Positions 10,168 to 19,728 of a stretch of 48,934 nucleotides of DNA are shown piece after piece. The notes beneath the pieces were generated by a model. That model saw only the letters and a list, made by a program, of their open reading frames with translations. It was not told the origin of the DNA and ran no database searches. The stretch lies in contig JABICI010000057.1 in assembly GCA_018652335.1 (NCBI GenBank), forward strand, positions 1-48,934. The letters are read 5' to 3'. The DNA comes from Flavobacteriales bacterium (GTDB lineage Bacteria > Bacteroidota > Bacteroidia > Flavobacteriales > BACL11). The translations under genes were made by a program, and so were the position numbers. Numbering within the stretch: the stretch's first letter is position 1; each line of letters begins with the position of its first letter.

Positions 10168-11874
10168 ATGATTAACTACCACATAAGCTTTAAAAAGCCC
10201 CATAGACATTTTGTAGATTTTGAATTTTCTGCAAAAACTAATGGTGCTAATTCAATGAAATTTCAACTTTCATCATGGAGACCTGGAAGGTATGAACTAG
10301 CTGATTTTGCCCAGAATATTCAAAAATGGGGTGCTTTTGATGAAAAAAACAATCCATTACCTTTTAAGAAAATTACTAAAGATTTATGGGAAGTAAACTC
10401 TAACAGTGCGAGAGAAGTTACAATAGTATATAACTTTTATGCCAATCAACTAGATGCTGGTGCTTGTTATTTAGATGAGCATCAACTTTACTTAAATCCT
10501 GTTCATTGTATTTTTTATATTGTTGATAGAATCCAGGAAGTATATAAATTAAATCTAGATCTTCCTAAAGACTACAAGATAGCTTCTTCAATGCATCAAG
10601 AAAAAAATACTCTGACAGTTAAAGGTTATGACTTACTTGCAGAATCACCAATTATTTGTTCAAATAGTTTGCAACACGCAGATTATAAGGTTAACGGTAT
10701 TACATTTCATATTTGGTTTCAGGGTATGTGCAATCCTAATTGGAAAAAACTTAAAAAAGACTTTACCGCTTTTACCAAAAGTCAAATAAAACATTTTGGT
10801 GGCTTTCCTGTTGATGAGTATCATTTTTTCTTTCAAATTACTCCTTACAGAAGTTATCATGGAGTAGAACATACCAAAAATACCGTATTATTGCTAGGAC
10901 CTGGAAATGAGATAATGAATAAAAAATATGAAGATTTACTAGGTGTTTGTTCACATGAACTTTATCATACATGGAATATCAAGGCCATTAGACCAATTGA
11001 AATGTTCCCATATAATTACACTAAAGAGAATTACTTTAGAACAGGATTTGTAGCAGAAGGTGTAACAACTTATATGGGTGATTTAATGCTATATAATTCA
11101 AATGTATTTGATTGGAATCAATTTGTAAAAACTCAAAATCAAAATTTAGAACGACATTTAATGAATTATGGTAGGTATAACTTATCAGTAGCTGATAGTG
11201 GTTTTGATAATTGGCTAGATGGTTATAAATTAGGCTCTCCTAATAGAAAAACATCTATTTATCCTGATGCCGCACTTTGCATGTTAATGGTTGATTTACA
11301 GATTATCCGAAATAGCAATGGGAAATATAGCTTACATTCAGTAATGAAAGAACTCTATGAAGAATTTGCTCTTAAAGAAAAAGGATACTATGAAGATGAT
11401 TTTAGAAATATTTGTGTAAAATTTGGAGGCTTGAAAGTAGCTGAAATCTTTGAAAGTCATATTTACGGAACAGAGGATTATATAGATAATTTAAAATCTG
11501 CCTTAGATATTGTAGGTCTCATGCTAGAAGATAAGATTAACCCTAATCTTTCAGCACAATATTTTGGTTTTGTATCAGCAAAAGAAAATGGAGAGATAAT
11601 AATTAAAAAAGTCGAACCTAATTCTATTACTGATCAAAATGGCATCGCTCCTGATGATAAGATTACAAAAATAAATGACAAAAAAATTGATGGAAACTTG
11701 TCTGATATCTTTAAAGATTGTAAAAAAGAAGTAACGCTTACTGTAAAGAAGAAGTTTTCAGAAAAATCAATATCTTTATCTATTGGAAATCATTATCAAT
11801 TATTAGAAATAATTAAAAATATAAATGCAACAGATGAGCAATTAACTTTAAGAAAAGTCTGGTGTAATAATTAA
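10168..11874 (+). CDS. M61 family (glycyl aminopeptidase-like) metallopeptidase with C-terminal PDZ domain
   Basis: HExxH motif HELYHTW. N-terminus Y-H-I-S-F-K-x-P-x-x-H typical of M61. PDZ-like GIAPDDKITKINDKKI near the C-terminus. No signal peptide. Confidence 0.75.
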   Translation: MINYHISFKKPHRHFVDFEFSAKTNGANSMKFQLSSWRPGRYELADFAQNIQKWGAFDEKNNPLPFKKITKDLWEVNSNSAREVTIVYNFYANQLDAGACYLDEHQLYLNPVHCIFYIVDRIQEVYKLNLDLPKDYKIASSMHQEKNTLTVKGYDLLAESPIICSNSLQHADYKVNGITFHIWFQGMCNPNWKKLKKDFTAFTKSQIKHFGGFPVDEYHFFFQITPYRSYHGVEHTKNTVLLLGPGNEIMNKKYEDLLGVCSHELYHTWNIKAIRPIEMFPYNYTKENYFRTGFVAEGVTTYMGDLMLYNSNVFDWNQFVKTQNQNLERHLMNYGRYNLSVADSGFDNWLDGYKLGSPNRKTSIYPDAALCMLMVDLQIIRNSNGKYSLHSVMKELYEEFALKEKGYYEDDFRNICVKFGGLKVAEIFESHIYGTEDYIDNLKSALDIVGLMLEDKINPNLSAQYFGFVSAKENGEIIIKKVEPNSITDQNGIAPDDKITKINDKKIDGNLSDIFKDCKKEVTLTVKKKFSEKSISLSIGNHYQLLEIIKNINATDEQLTLRKVWCNN

Positions 11875-11889
11875 AATGAAAAGATACAA

Positions 11890-12429
11890 ATGAATAATGA
11901 AGTTGACTTAAAAGATAAAAAATTCGAAATATTCATTACAGATGATGAAATTGCATCCATAGTAACTGATGTTTCAAATAAAATTAATAATAGTTTTATA
12001 AAAGCTCCTATTTTTATTGCTATCTTAAATGGATCATTCGTCTTCGCAGCTGATATAATAAGAAAAATTAATATTCCTAACTCTGAAATATCATTTATTA
12101 AGCTTTCATCATATTTTGGAACTAGAACCACTGGTAATGTACACGAACTTATTGGATTAGGAAAAAGTATAGAAAATAGAAATATTATAATCCTTGAAGA
12201 TATTATTGATACTGGAATTACTTTAGAGAAAATAATTTCATTATTGAAAAAAGAAAATGTCGCTGATATAAAAATAGCAACATTATTATTTAAACCTGAA
12301 GCATACACAAAAGATATCCCAATTGATTTTATTGGAAAGTCAATTACAAATGATTTTGTTGTTGGCTATGGTTTAGATTATGATGAGCTTGGACGTAATT
12401 TGCAGCATATTTATAAACTTAAAGAATAA
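11890..12429 (+). CDS. hpt: Hypoxanthine phosphoribosyltransferase
   Basis: PRPP-binding loop IIILEDIIDTGITL and C-terminal VVGYGLDY motif. Confidence 0.9.
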   Translation: MNNEVDLKDKKFEIFITDDEIASIVTDVSNKINNSFIKAPIFIAILNGSFVFAADIIRKINIPNSEISFIKLSSYFGTRTTGNVHELIGLGKSIENRNIIILEDIIDTGITLEKIISLLKKENVADIKIATLLFKPEAYTKDIPIDFIGKSITNDFVVGYGLDYDELGRNLQHIYKLKE

Positions 12430-12432
12430 AGC

Positions 12433-13005
12433 ATGTTAAACATAGTATTATTTGGGCCCCCTGGTGCTGGAAAAGGCACACAATCAAACCTATTAATTGA
12501 TAAATACAACTTAGTACACTTATCTACAGGAGATATCTTACGAAGTGAGATCACAGAAGGAACAAAATTGGGTCTTCAAGCAAAAGCAATTATGGATAGA
12601 GGGGATTTAGTATCTGATGATATTGTTATTGGAATGATATCATCTAAGCTAGATAATAACCACAATGCAAAGGGATTTATCTTTGATGGATTTCCTAGAA
12701 CTTCAGCACAAGCTAAAGCTTTAGATCTTTTACTTGAAAAAAAAGGAACTTCTATTTCTGCTATGCTATCATTAAAAGTAGAGGATAGCGAACTTATTAA
12801 ACGTTTACTTGAAAGAGGCAAAAACTCAGGAAGAGAAGATGATAAAAATGAGAATATCATTGCCAATAGAATTAAAGAGTATAATAATAAAACAGCGCCT
12901 TTAAAAAAATTTTATGCAAATCAGAAAAAACTATCTGAAATAAATGGCCATGGTAGCATAAAAAATATTTCTCACAATTTAAATACTGTCATAGATAGTT
13001 TATAA
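12433..13005 (+). CDS. adk: Adenylate kinase (short form, no zinc lid)
   Basis: P-loop GPPGAGKGTQ, STGDILR and FDGFPRT motifs. Confidence 0.95.
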   Translation: MLNIVLFGPPGAGKGTQSNLLIDKYNLVHLSTGDILRSEITEGTKLGLQAKAIMDRGDLVSDDIVIGMISSKLDNNHNAKGFIFDGFPRTSAQAKALDLLLEKKGTSISAMLSLKVEDSELIKRLLERGKNSGREDDKNENIIANRIKEYNNKTAPLKKFYANQKKLSEINGHGSIKNISHNLNTVIDSL

Positions 13006-14004
13006 ATGAGAGTCAAGAATTCAAATTTTGTTGATTATGTAAAAATCTTCTGTCGATCAGGAAAAGGAGGTGCAGGCTCATCACATTTCAGAAGAGATAA
13101 AATAACTGCAAAAGGAGGTCCTGATGGTGGAGATGGTGGTAATGGTGGGAGTATCATCATAAAAGCAGACAAGCAAATGTGGACGCTTTTACATTTGAGA
13201 TATCAAAAACATATTTTTGCAGAACACGGAGGTTGGGGATCGGGTAGTAATAGTTTTGGTAAACATGGTGAAAATAGTTATATTAATGTGCCATTAGGAA
13301 CAATTATTAAGGATGCCGACACATCTAAAGTACTCTTTGAAATTACTGAAGAAGGAGAAGAAATCACACTTGTAAAAGGAGGTTTAGGTGGAAGAGGGAA
13401 TTCTCATTTTAAATCACCAACAAATCAAGCACCAAGATATGCCCAGCCTGGAGAAGATATTAATGAAGGATGGTTTATCTTAGAATTAAAAGTTCTAGCT
13501 GACATTGGATTAGTAGGATTCCCAAATGCTGGTAAATCTACATTACTTTCTGTTGTATCATCAGCAAAACCAGAAATTGCTAACTACCCTTTTACGACAT
13601 TAGTTCCTAATCTTGGGATAGTTTCTTACAGAGATCACAAATCTTTTATTATGGCTGATATACCTGGAATTATTGAAGGTGCATCTGAAGGAAAAGGTCT
13701 TGGCTTAAGATTCCTTCGACATATTGAGAGAAATTCTACTCTACTTTTTATGGTACCTGCAGACTCAGATGATATCAGAAAAGAATATACTATTCTATTA
13801 GAAGAACTGAAAAAATACAATCCCGAATTGCTAGATAAAGACAGAATACTAGCAGTAAGTAAAGCGGATATGCTTGATGATGAGCTGAAAAATGAGATGT
13901 CTAAAGAACTTCCTAAAGATTTACAGTCTATTTTTATTTCTTCAGTTGCCCAACAAGGTCTTACTGAATTAAAAGACTTGATCTGGGAAAAACTTAATCA
14001 GTAA
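13006..14004 (+). CDS. obgE: GTPase Obg/CgtA
   Basis: Gly-rich Obg fold [15 protein letters not shown]-domain motifs [13 protein letters not shown] and SKAD. The ATG directly follows the adk TAA. Confidence 0.95.
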   Translation: MRVKNSNFVDYVKIFCRSGKGGAGSSHFRRDKITAKGGPDGGDGGNGGSIIIKADKQMWTLLHLRYQKHIFAEHGGWGSGSNSFGKHGENSYINVPLGTIIKDADTSKVLFEITEEGEEITLVKGGLGGRGNSHFKSPTNQAPRYAQPGEDINEGWFILELKVLADIGLVGFPNAGKSTLLSVVSSAKPEIANYPFTTLVPNLGIVSYRDHKSFIMADIPGIIEGASEGKGLGLRFLRHIERNSTLLFMVPADSDDIRKEYTILLEELKKYNPELLDKDRILAVSKADMLDDELKNEMSKELPKDLQSIFISSVAQQGLTELKDLIWEKLNQ

Positions 14005-14681
14005 TGAAGCAGTTACAGAATATAGACGAATATTTTTTTAGATTAATCAATTCATCAGGCTGGAACCAAATGGATGAATTGATGATCTTGATCTCATCAA
14101 AATGGTTCTGGATTCCACTTTATATTTCTATATTATACTATCTTTACAAAACACATCAAAAGGATTTTTTAAAAATCTTATTCTCTATAGGGATATTAAT
14201 TTTTCTTGCAGATTTTGGATCAGTAAAATTATTTAAAGAAATTTTTCAAAGAACAAGACCATGTCATTTATTAGAAGGTATTAGAGTTGTTGATGGGTGT
14301 GGTGGTCCATTTGGATTTATTTCTTCTCACGCAGCTAATTCATTTGCTATTGCATTTCTTGTTTCTTTCTTGTTAAAAAGATTTTGGTGGTTTGTAAGCC
14401 TTTTCTCATGGGCCGCACTAGTTGGATTTAGTAGGGTCTATTTAGGAGTCCATTATCCTTTTGATATTTTGGGCGGTATGTTTTGGGGACTATTTGTAAG
14501 TTTGCTTGTATATTATATTTATAAAATTAAAATTAAAAATATCGATTACATATGGCTAGGCTGGTTATCATTAGTATGTCTTTGGAACTTTATTTGGCCA
14601 GATGTCCCGCCAATTGCTGACGTATTAATAGCTATTATATTATCACTATTAGTTGTATTTATTAAAAAAAGAAAAAAATGA
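14004..14681 (+). CDS. PAP2-family membrane phosphatase (undecaprenyl-diphosphatase / lipid phosphatase type)
   Basis: Three-part PAP2 signature: KEIFQRTRP, SSHA and SRVYLGVHYPFD. Multiple TM helices. TAATG overlap with obg. Confidence 0.8.
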   Translation: MKQLQNIDEYFFRLINSSGWNQMDELMILISSKWFWIPLYISILYYLYKTHQKDFLKILFSIGILIFLADFGSVKLFKEIFQRTRPCHLLEGIRVVDGCGGPFGFISSHAANSFAIAFLVSFLLKRFWWFVSLFSWAALVGFSRVYLGVHYPFDILGGMFWGLFVSLLVYYIYKIKIKNIDYIWLGWLSLVCLWNFIWPDVPPIADVLIAIILSLLVVFIKKRKK

Positions 14682-16267
14682 AAAAAATACTATTATCATT
14701 AATTATTTATCTCACAGCTATACCATCATTTTCACAAGAAAAACCAAAACTAATTATTGGCATTGTTGTGGATCAAATGCGTTTTGATTACATATATCGT
14801 TTTTGGAATGAATTCTCAGAAAATGGCTTTAAAAAACTAGTTAATGAAGGACACTTTTATCGCAATTGTCAATTTGGTTATGTCCCAACTTACACAGGAC
14901 CTGGTCATGCATCAATATACACTGGAACAACACCTTCAGTACATGGAATTGTTGCTAACGACTGGTATGACAAAAAATCTGGAAAACATATTTATTGCGC
15001 TGGCGATGGAGATATGCATACTATCTGTAATTGTGAAGAAAACAATATAGATGTCCAGTCTGAAGATGGAAAAATGTCACCTCAGCATATGTTAACTACA
15101 ACATTTGCAGATGAATTAAAACTATTTAATAAAGATAGTAAAGTTTTTGGAGTATCTTTAAAAGATAGAGGGGCTATACTTCCTGCAGGACATAGTGCAA
15201 ATGGTGCATATTGGATGGATGGTGAAGGAAAATGGATTACTTCTTCTTTTTATATGCAATCTCTACCAGATTATATTGAAAGTATTAACAACAACAATAC
15301 AGTTGAGAAATATCTAATGAATACATGGGAAGTCGATGGTAAATTTAAGCACGAATTGGCCAATCAATATTCTCAAAAAGGCGGAAGCACTATAAAAAAT
15401 ACTCCATTTGGAAATACAATTTTAAAGGATTTAGCTCTTGAAATTATTGAAAATGAATCCTTAGGACAAAGAATGCATACAGATGTCTTAACAATTTCAT
15501 TTTCTTCTACTGATTATATTGGTCATCAATTTGGGCCACATGCTCCAGAAATAAAAGATACCTATATTCGTTTAGACAATGACATTGCAGAAATATTAGA
15601 AACTATTAATAGAAAAGTTGGATATGAAAATACTGTAGTTTTTATTACAGCAGATCACGGAGTTGTTTCTGAACCATCAGAACTGATAGAAAGAAATATT
15701 CCTGCAGGTTATTTCGATCAACAAGTTATGATGTCAGAACTATCTGAATATCTTTTAAACTTATACAGCTCTTCTATATTAAAGAATGATACTACTAATT
15801 TTATTATAAATTATTCAAATAATAATTTATTTCTTAATCATAAATACATTGCAAATAACTTGGATATTAGTATTGAAGAAATACAAAAAAAATGCGCTAC
15901 TTTTTTATTAAAATATAAATGGGTTAAAAACACCTACACAGCAAGTCAATTACATGAAAACGAGTACTCTAATTCATTCCATTCCTTAGTACAAAGAGGA
16001 TATAATCAGAAGAGGTCTGGCGATGTGATAGTTAGCTTACAAACTGGCTGGTTAAAAACTCATTGGGAAAGTGGTGGAACTACTCACGGATCATCATACA
16101 GCTACGACACTCATGTACCCTTAATATTTTGGGGAGGAAACATACCAAAAGGCAAAACAGATAGAAAAGTTAATATCCGTGATATTGCGCCTACAATATC
16201 AATGATTTTAGGTACAGCTTATCCAAACGGGTGTACAGGAAATCCATTAACTGAAATAACTGAGTGA
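14678..16267 (+). CDS. Secreted alkaline phosphatase / nucleotide pyrophosphatase family enzyme (PafA-like)
   Basis: Signal peptide. GIVVDQMRFDY, TYTGPGHASIYTG..HGI..NDW and ITADHG metal-site motifs of the AP/NPP superfamily. ATGA overlap with the PAP2 gene. Confidence 0.7.
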   Translation: MKKILLSLIIYLTAIPSFSQEKPKLIIGIVVDQMRFDYIYRFWNEFSENGFKKLVNEGHFYRNCQFGYVPTYTGPGHASIYTGTTPSVHGIVANDWYDKKSGKHIYCAGDGDMHTICNCEENNIDVQSEDGKMSPQHMLTTTFADELKLFNKDSKVFGVSLKDRGAILPAGHSANGAYWMDGEGKWITSSFYMQSLPDYIESINNNNTVEKYLMNTWEVDGKFKHELANQYSQKGGSTIKNTPFGNTILKDLALEIIENESLGQRMHTDVLTISFSSTDYIGHQFGPHAPEIKDTYIRLDNDIAEILETINRKVGYENTVVFITADHGVVSEPSELIERNIPAGYFDQQVMMSELSEYLLNLYSSSILKNDTTNFIINYSNNNLFLNHKYIANNLDISIEEIQKKCATFLLKYKWVKNTYTASQLHENEYSNSFHSLVQRGYNQKRSGDVIVSLQTGWLKTHWESGGTTHGSSYSYDTHVPLIFWGGNIPKGKTDRKVNIRDIAPTISMILGTAYPNGCTGNPLTEITE

Positions 16268-17253
16268 AAGAGATAAAAGCAGACAGCTATTCTATATGGA
16301 TTGGAGAAACATCTCTATCTAAATTAGATATTACTAATTATTCAATGGTCGCCATTTTAGTAGACGAAAACACAAAAAGAGAATGCCTTAGTCTTCTACC
16401 TAAAATAAACAATTCTATTATTATTGAAGTTCCTTCAGGAGAAGAAAAAAAAAATATTTCAACCTGTAATACTATTTGGGAGAAACTTTCGATAAATAAT
16501 TTTGACAGAAATTCAGTACTAATTAATCTTGGTGGAGGCGTCATTGGTGACATGGGTGGATTCTGTGCTGCATCATATAAGAGAGGCATTGATTTTATAC
16601 AGATACCTACAACACTTCTTGCTATGGTAGATGCATCAATTGGAGGTAAAATAGGAATTAATTTTAATGGACTTAAAAATCAAATAGGTCTCTTTTCAAA
16701 TCCAAAGTCTGTTATTATAAATCCAATTTTTCTAAAAACACTTTCAAGAAACCAACTACAATCAGGTTTTGCAGAAGTAATAAAACATTCTTTAATTACA
16801 AACAAAAAGCACTGGGAGATACTATCAAATACTTCGTTCAAAGATTTAGACTGGCAACATATAATTGACATCTCTATCCAAATAAAAAACACAATAGTAA
16901 AAGCTGATCCACTAGAAAAAAATAATAGAAAGAAATTAAATTTTGGACATACGTATGGGCATGCAATTGAAAGCTATTATTTAGAAGAAAAAAAACCTAT
17001 ACTACATGGCGAATCTGTTTTAATGGGAATAATTTTAGAATGTGAACTTTCTTTATTATCACAAAATGAAAAAATTGAAATAAAAAATTATCTCATAAAA
17101 AATTTTCAGCTTCCTGATATACCATCAAAAAATAAGCTAATGAAATTCTTAATAAATGACAAAAAGAATAAAGAGGCTAAAATAAATTTTACATTACTTA
17201 ATGGAATAGGAAATTGTACAATTGATAATCTATTTACTGAGGATGAATTATAA
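16264..17253 (+). CDS. aroB: 3-dehydroquinate synthase
   Basis: GGGVIGDMGGF nucleotide loop, IPTTLLAMVDAS and NFGHTYGHAIE metal site. GTG start overlaps the upstream TGA. Confidence 0.85.
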   Translation: MKEIKADSYSIWIGETSLSKLDITNYSMVAILVDENTKRECLSLLPKINNSIIIEVPSGEEKKNISTCNTIWEKLSINNFDRNSVLINLGGGVIGDMGGFCAASYKRGIDFIQIPTTLLAMVDASIGGKIGINFNGLKNQIGLFSNPKSVIINPIFLKTLSRNQLQSGFAEVIKHSLITNKKHWEILSNTSFKDLDWQHIIDISIQIKNTIVKADPLEKNNRKKLNFGHTYGHAIESYYLEEKKPILHGESVLMGIILECELSLLSQNEKIEIKNYLIKNFQLPDIPSKNKLMKFLINDKKNKEAKINFTLLNGIGNCTIDNLFTEDEL

Positions 17254-18409
17254 AATCTCACATGTAAGCAAAATAGTTACTTGTAAAATTAATTTACCCG
17301 CATCTAAAAGCATCTCTAATAGATTACTAATTATCCAAGCACTTTGTAATAACAAATTCACAATAAACAATTTATCTGATTCAGATGATACAATAGCTTT
17401 AAAAAAAGCTCTACTTAAAGATAATAATGAGATTAATGTAGGAGCAGCAGGAACAACATTTCGTTTTCTAGCTTCATTTCTTGCAATTCAAAGAGGCAAA
17501 GAATTTATTTTAACAGGAACTAAAAGGATTAAAGAAAGGCCAATTAAGAATTTAGTTTCAACATTACAATCTTTAGGTGCAAAAATATGTTACTTAGAGA
17601 AAGAAGGCTTTGCTCCATTAAAAATTAAAGGAACTGAAATTATTGGTGGTGAAGTAGAAATAGATGGAACAATAAGCTCACAGTTTATAACATCTATTTT
17701 ACTCGTAGCACCAATATTTAAAAAAGGTATAAAGCTAAAAATTAAAGGGAATTTAGTTTCTAAAAGTTATGTTAAGATGACATTAAATTTATTAAAAGAA
17801 TTTGGTATCAAAAGCATATGGAAGGACAATATAATTGAAGTTAAACCTCAAAAGTATATAGGTAAAACTAAAACTGTCGAAGCTGATTGGAGTGCTGCAT
17901 CTTTTTGGTTTGAAATTGCTGCATTATCCAAGAAATGCAATATATGCCTTGTTGGATTATATGAAAAGAGCATACAAGGGGATATATTGTTAATACAAAT
18001 TTTTAAAAGATTAGGAGTAAAATCTATATTCATTGACGGAGAACTGCATCTAACTAAAATTTACTCAAATAATGAAGAGAAAATATTTGATTTAGCAGAA
18101 ACCCCAGACTTATATCAGCCACTCGCATGTACATTACATGCTAAAAAAATTAAAGTAAAATTTACAGGAACAGATACCTTAAAGTATAAAGAAACTGATA
18201 GAATATACGCATTAAAAAAAGAACTAGATAATATATCCACAAGCATTAACACATACAGAGACCATAGAATGGCTATGAGCTTCGCACCTCTATGCTTAAT
18301 TCATGATAGAATTACCATTAATAACGTTGAAGTGGTAAGTAAATCTTATAAGAATTTTTGGAATGACTTATCTAAAGCAGGCTTTATAATAGATCCATTA
18401 TCTGACTAA
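17243..18409 (+). CDS. aroA: 3-phosphoshikimate 1-carboxyvinyltransferase (EPSP synthase)
   Basis: LPASKSISNR, GAAGTTFRF and DHRMAMSF motifs. I prefer the ATG at 17243 over the tracked TTG at 17222, since the extra residues MIIYLLR have no counterpart. Confidence 0.88.
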   Translation: MNYKISHVSKIVTCKINLPASKSISNRLLIIQALCNNKFTINNLSDSDDTIALKKALLKDNNEINVGAAGTTFRFLASFLAIQRGKEFILTGTKRIKERPIKNLVSTLQSLGAKICYLEKEGFAPLKIKGTEIIGGEVEIDGTISSQFITSILLVAPIFKKGIKLKIKGNLVSKSYVKMTLNLLKEFGIKSIWKDNIIEVKPQKYIGKTKTVEADWSAASFWFEIAALSKKCNICLVGLYEKSIQGDILLIQIFKRLGVKSIFIDGELHLTKIYSNNEEKIFDLAETPDLYQPLACTLHAKKIKVKFTGTDTLKYKETDRIYALKKELDNISTSINTYRDHRMAMSFAPLCLIHDRITINNVEVVSKSYKNFWNDLSKAGFIIDPLSD

Positions 18410-19073
18410 GACAATTAACCTCATAAGATACTGATTCAGCATGCTTTTGATTATTTGGATTAAAGAAAACTCCATCAATACCAAATCTTTGACATGCTAA
18501 AATATCAACATTTAAATCATCACCAATATACAAACTCTCATTTTTAGAACTTCTAGTAATTTCTAAAGCATATCTAAATATTTCAGGGTTTGGTTTTTTA
18601 CATCCAGATTTTTCTGAAGTAATAATCTTATCAAAATAAGGCATTAACTTGGATTGTTCTAATTTAATATGCTGCACCTTGTCAAATCCATTTGTTATAA
18701 TATGCAAAGAGTATTTACTCTTTAAGTAATCTAGTAATTCAAAAGTATATGGAAAAAGTTTTGTTTTTCTTGGACATATTTCAATATACTCTTCTCCTAT
18801 TGATTTAGATAAGTTAAAGTCATTAACACCAAAATCTGAAAGTGCTCTTTGAAATCTTTCTCTTCTCAAATCTTGCTGAGAAATTTTATCAACCTGATAT
18901 AAATCCCATAATTTAGCATTATATAATTTATACTTTATAATAAATTCATCAAAATCAATTCCTTTCTCTTTAAATTTGAAGTTTATACACAAGTCTAATA
19001 AGGCTTCATTTGAATTTGCTTCAAAATCCCAAAGTGTGCGATCTAAATCGAAAAAAATATTCTTATATCTCAT
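18384..19073 (-). CDS. HAD-superfamily hydrolase (YjjG-like nucleotidase type)
   Basis: HAD motif I FFDLDRTLWDF, motif II ITNG, and motifs III/IV K...GDD. Its 3' end overlaps the aroA 3' end by 26 nt. Confidence 0.8.
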   Translation of the reverse strand: MRYKNIFFDLDRTLWDFEANSNEALLDLCINFKFKEKGIDFDEFIIKYKLYNAKLWDLYQVDKISQQDLRRERFQRALSDFGVNDFNLSKSIGEEYIEICPRKTKLFPYTFELLDYLKSKYSLHIITNGFDKVQHIKLEQSKLMPYFDKIITSEKSGCKKPNPEIFRYALEITRSSKNESLYIGDDLNVDILACQRFGIDGVFFNPNNQKHAESVSYEVNCLSQIMDLL

Positions 19074-19727
19074 CTAAACTTTCTCTCCAAATGCTAAATC
19101 TCCTGCATCACCTAATCCAGGAACAATATATGACTTAGATGTCATTTCAGCATCTTCAGCACCGATCCATAATGTCCAATTTTTTACTGGTGAATTTTCT
19201 CTTAGATATTGCAAGCCTTCTGTGCTCGCAATAACACCTACAACATGAATATGCTTAGGTTTACCTTTTAATAATATTGATTCCATTGCCAACACCATAG
19301 AAGCGCCGCTAGCAATCATAGGATCACATAAGATAACAATTTTTCCTTCTAAATTAGGAGATGACATATATTCAATTTTTATTTCAAAATCCCCATCTTT
19401 TTTATGTTTCCTATACGCAGAGATAAAAGCATTATCTGAAGTATCAAAATAATTAAGAAAGCCTTGATGCAAAGGCAGACCTGCTCTAAGAATAGTAGCT
19501 AAAACAGGTTTCTCATTTATTAGATTCTGCTGAGAAATACCTAATGGAGTTGTAATCTTATTAGTATCATAGCTAAAACCTTTACTAATCTCATATGCAA
19601 AAATCTCACCAATTCTTTCCAAATTTCTTCTAAAACGCATTGAATCGCTTTGAATTTTTACATTTCTTAGTTCACTAACAAAATGATTAAAAATTGAATT
19701 TTTTTGTCCTAAATTTATTGTTTTCAT
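19074..19727 (-). CDS. upp: Uracil phosphoribosyltransferase
   Basis: PRPP loop ILCDPMIASGAS and C-terminal YIVPGLGDAGD. Confidence 0.92.
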   Translation of the reverse strand: MKTINLGQKNSIFNHFVSELRNVKIQSDSMRFRRNLERIGEIFAYEISKGFSYDTNKITTPLGISQQNLINEKPVLATILRAGLPLHQGFLNYFDTSDNAFISAYRKHKKDGDFEIKIEYMSSPNLEGKIVILCDPMIASGASMVLAMESILLKGKPKHIHVVGVIASTEGLQYLRENSPVKNWTLWIGAEDAEMTSKSYIVPGLGDAGDLAFGEKV

Positions 19728-19728
19728 T

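Noticed and set aside
11871-12308. A 145-aa ORF on the minus strand, antisense to hpt. The same applies to the other embedded antisense or alternate-frame ORFs in the track: 68-307, 6083-6274, 7989-8189, 9089-9370, 10660-10872, 12576-12866, 13635-13820, 14844-15050, 16338-16589, 16680-16892, 17848-18033, 20438-20641, 27027-27302, 27783-27980, 28086-28304, 31919-32104, 35217-35492, 35901-36089, 36534-36782, 37529-37882, 39593-39799, 39597-39794.
   Set aside because: Each lies wholly inside a longer ORF that carries clear family motifs. Their translations are low-complexity I/F/S/L-rich strings typical of non-coding frames in AT-rich DNA, with no motifs, signal peptides or promoter boxes.
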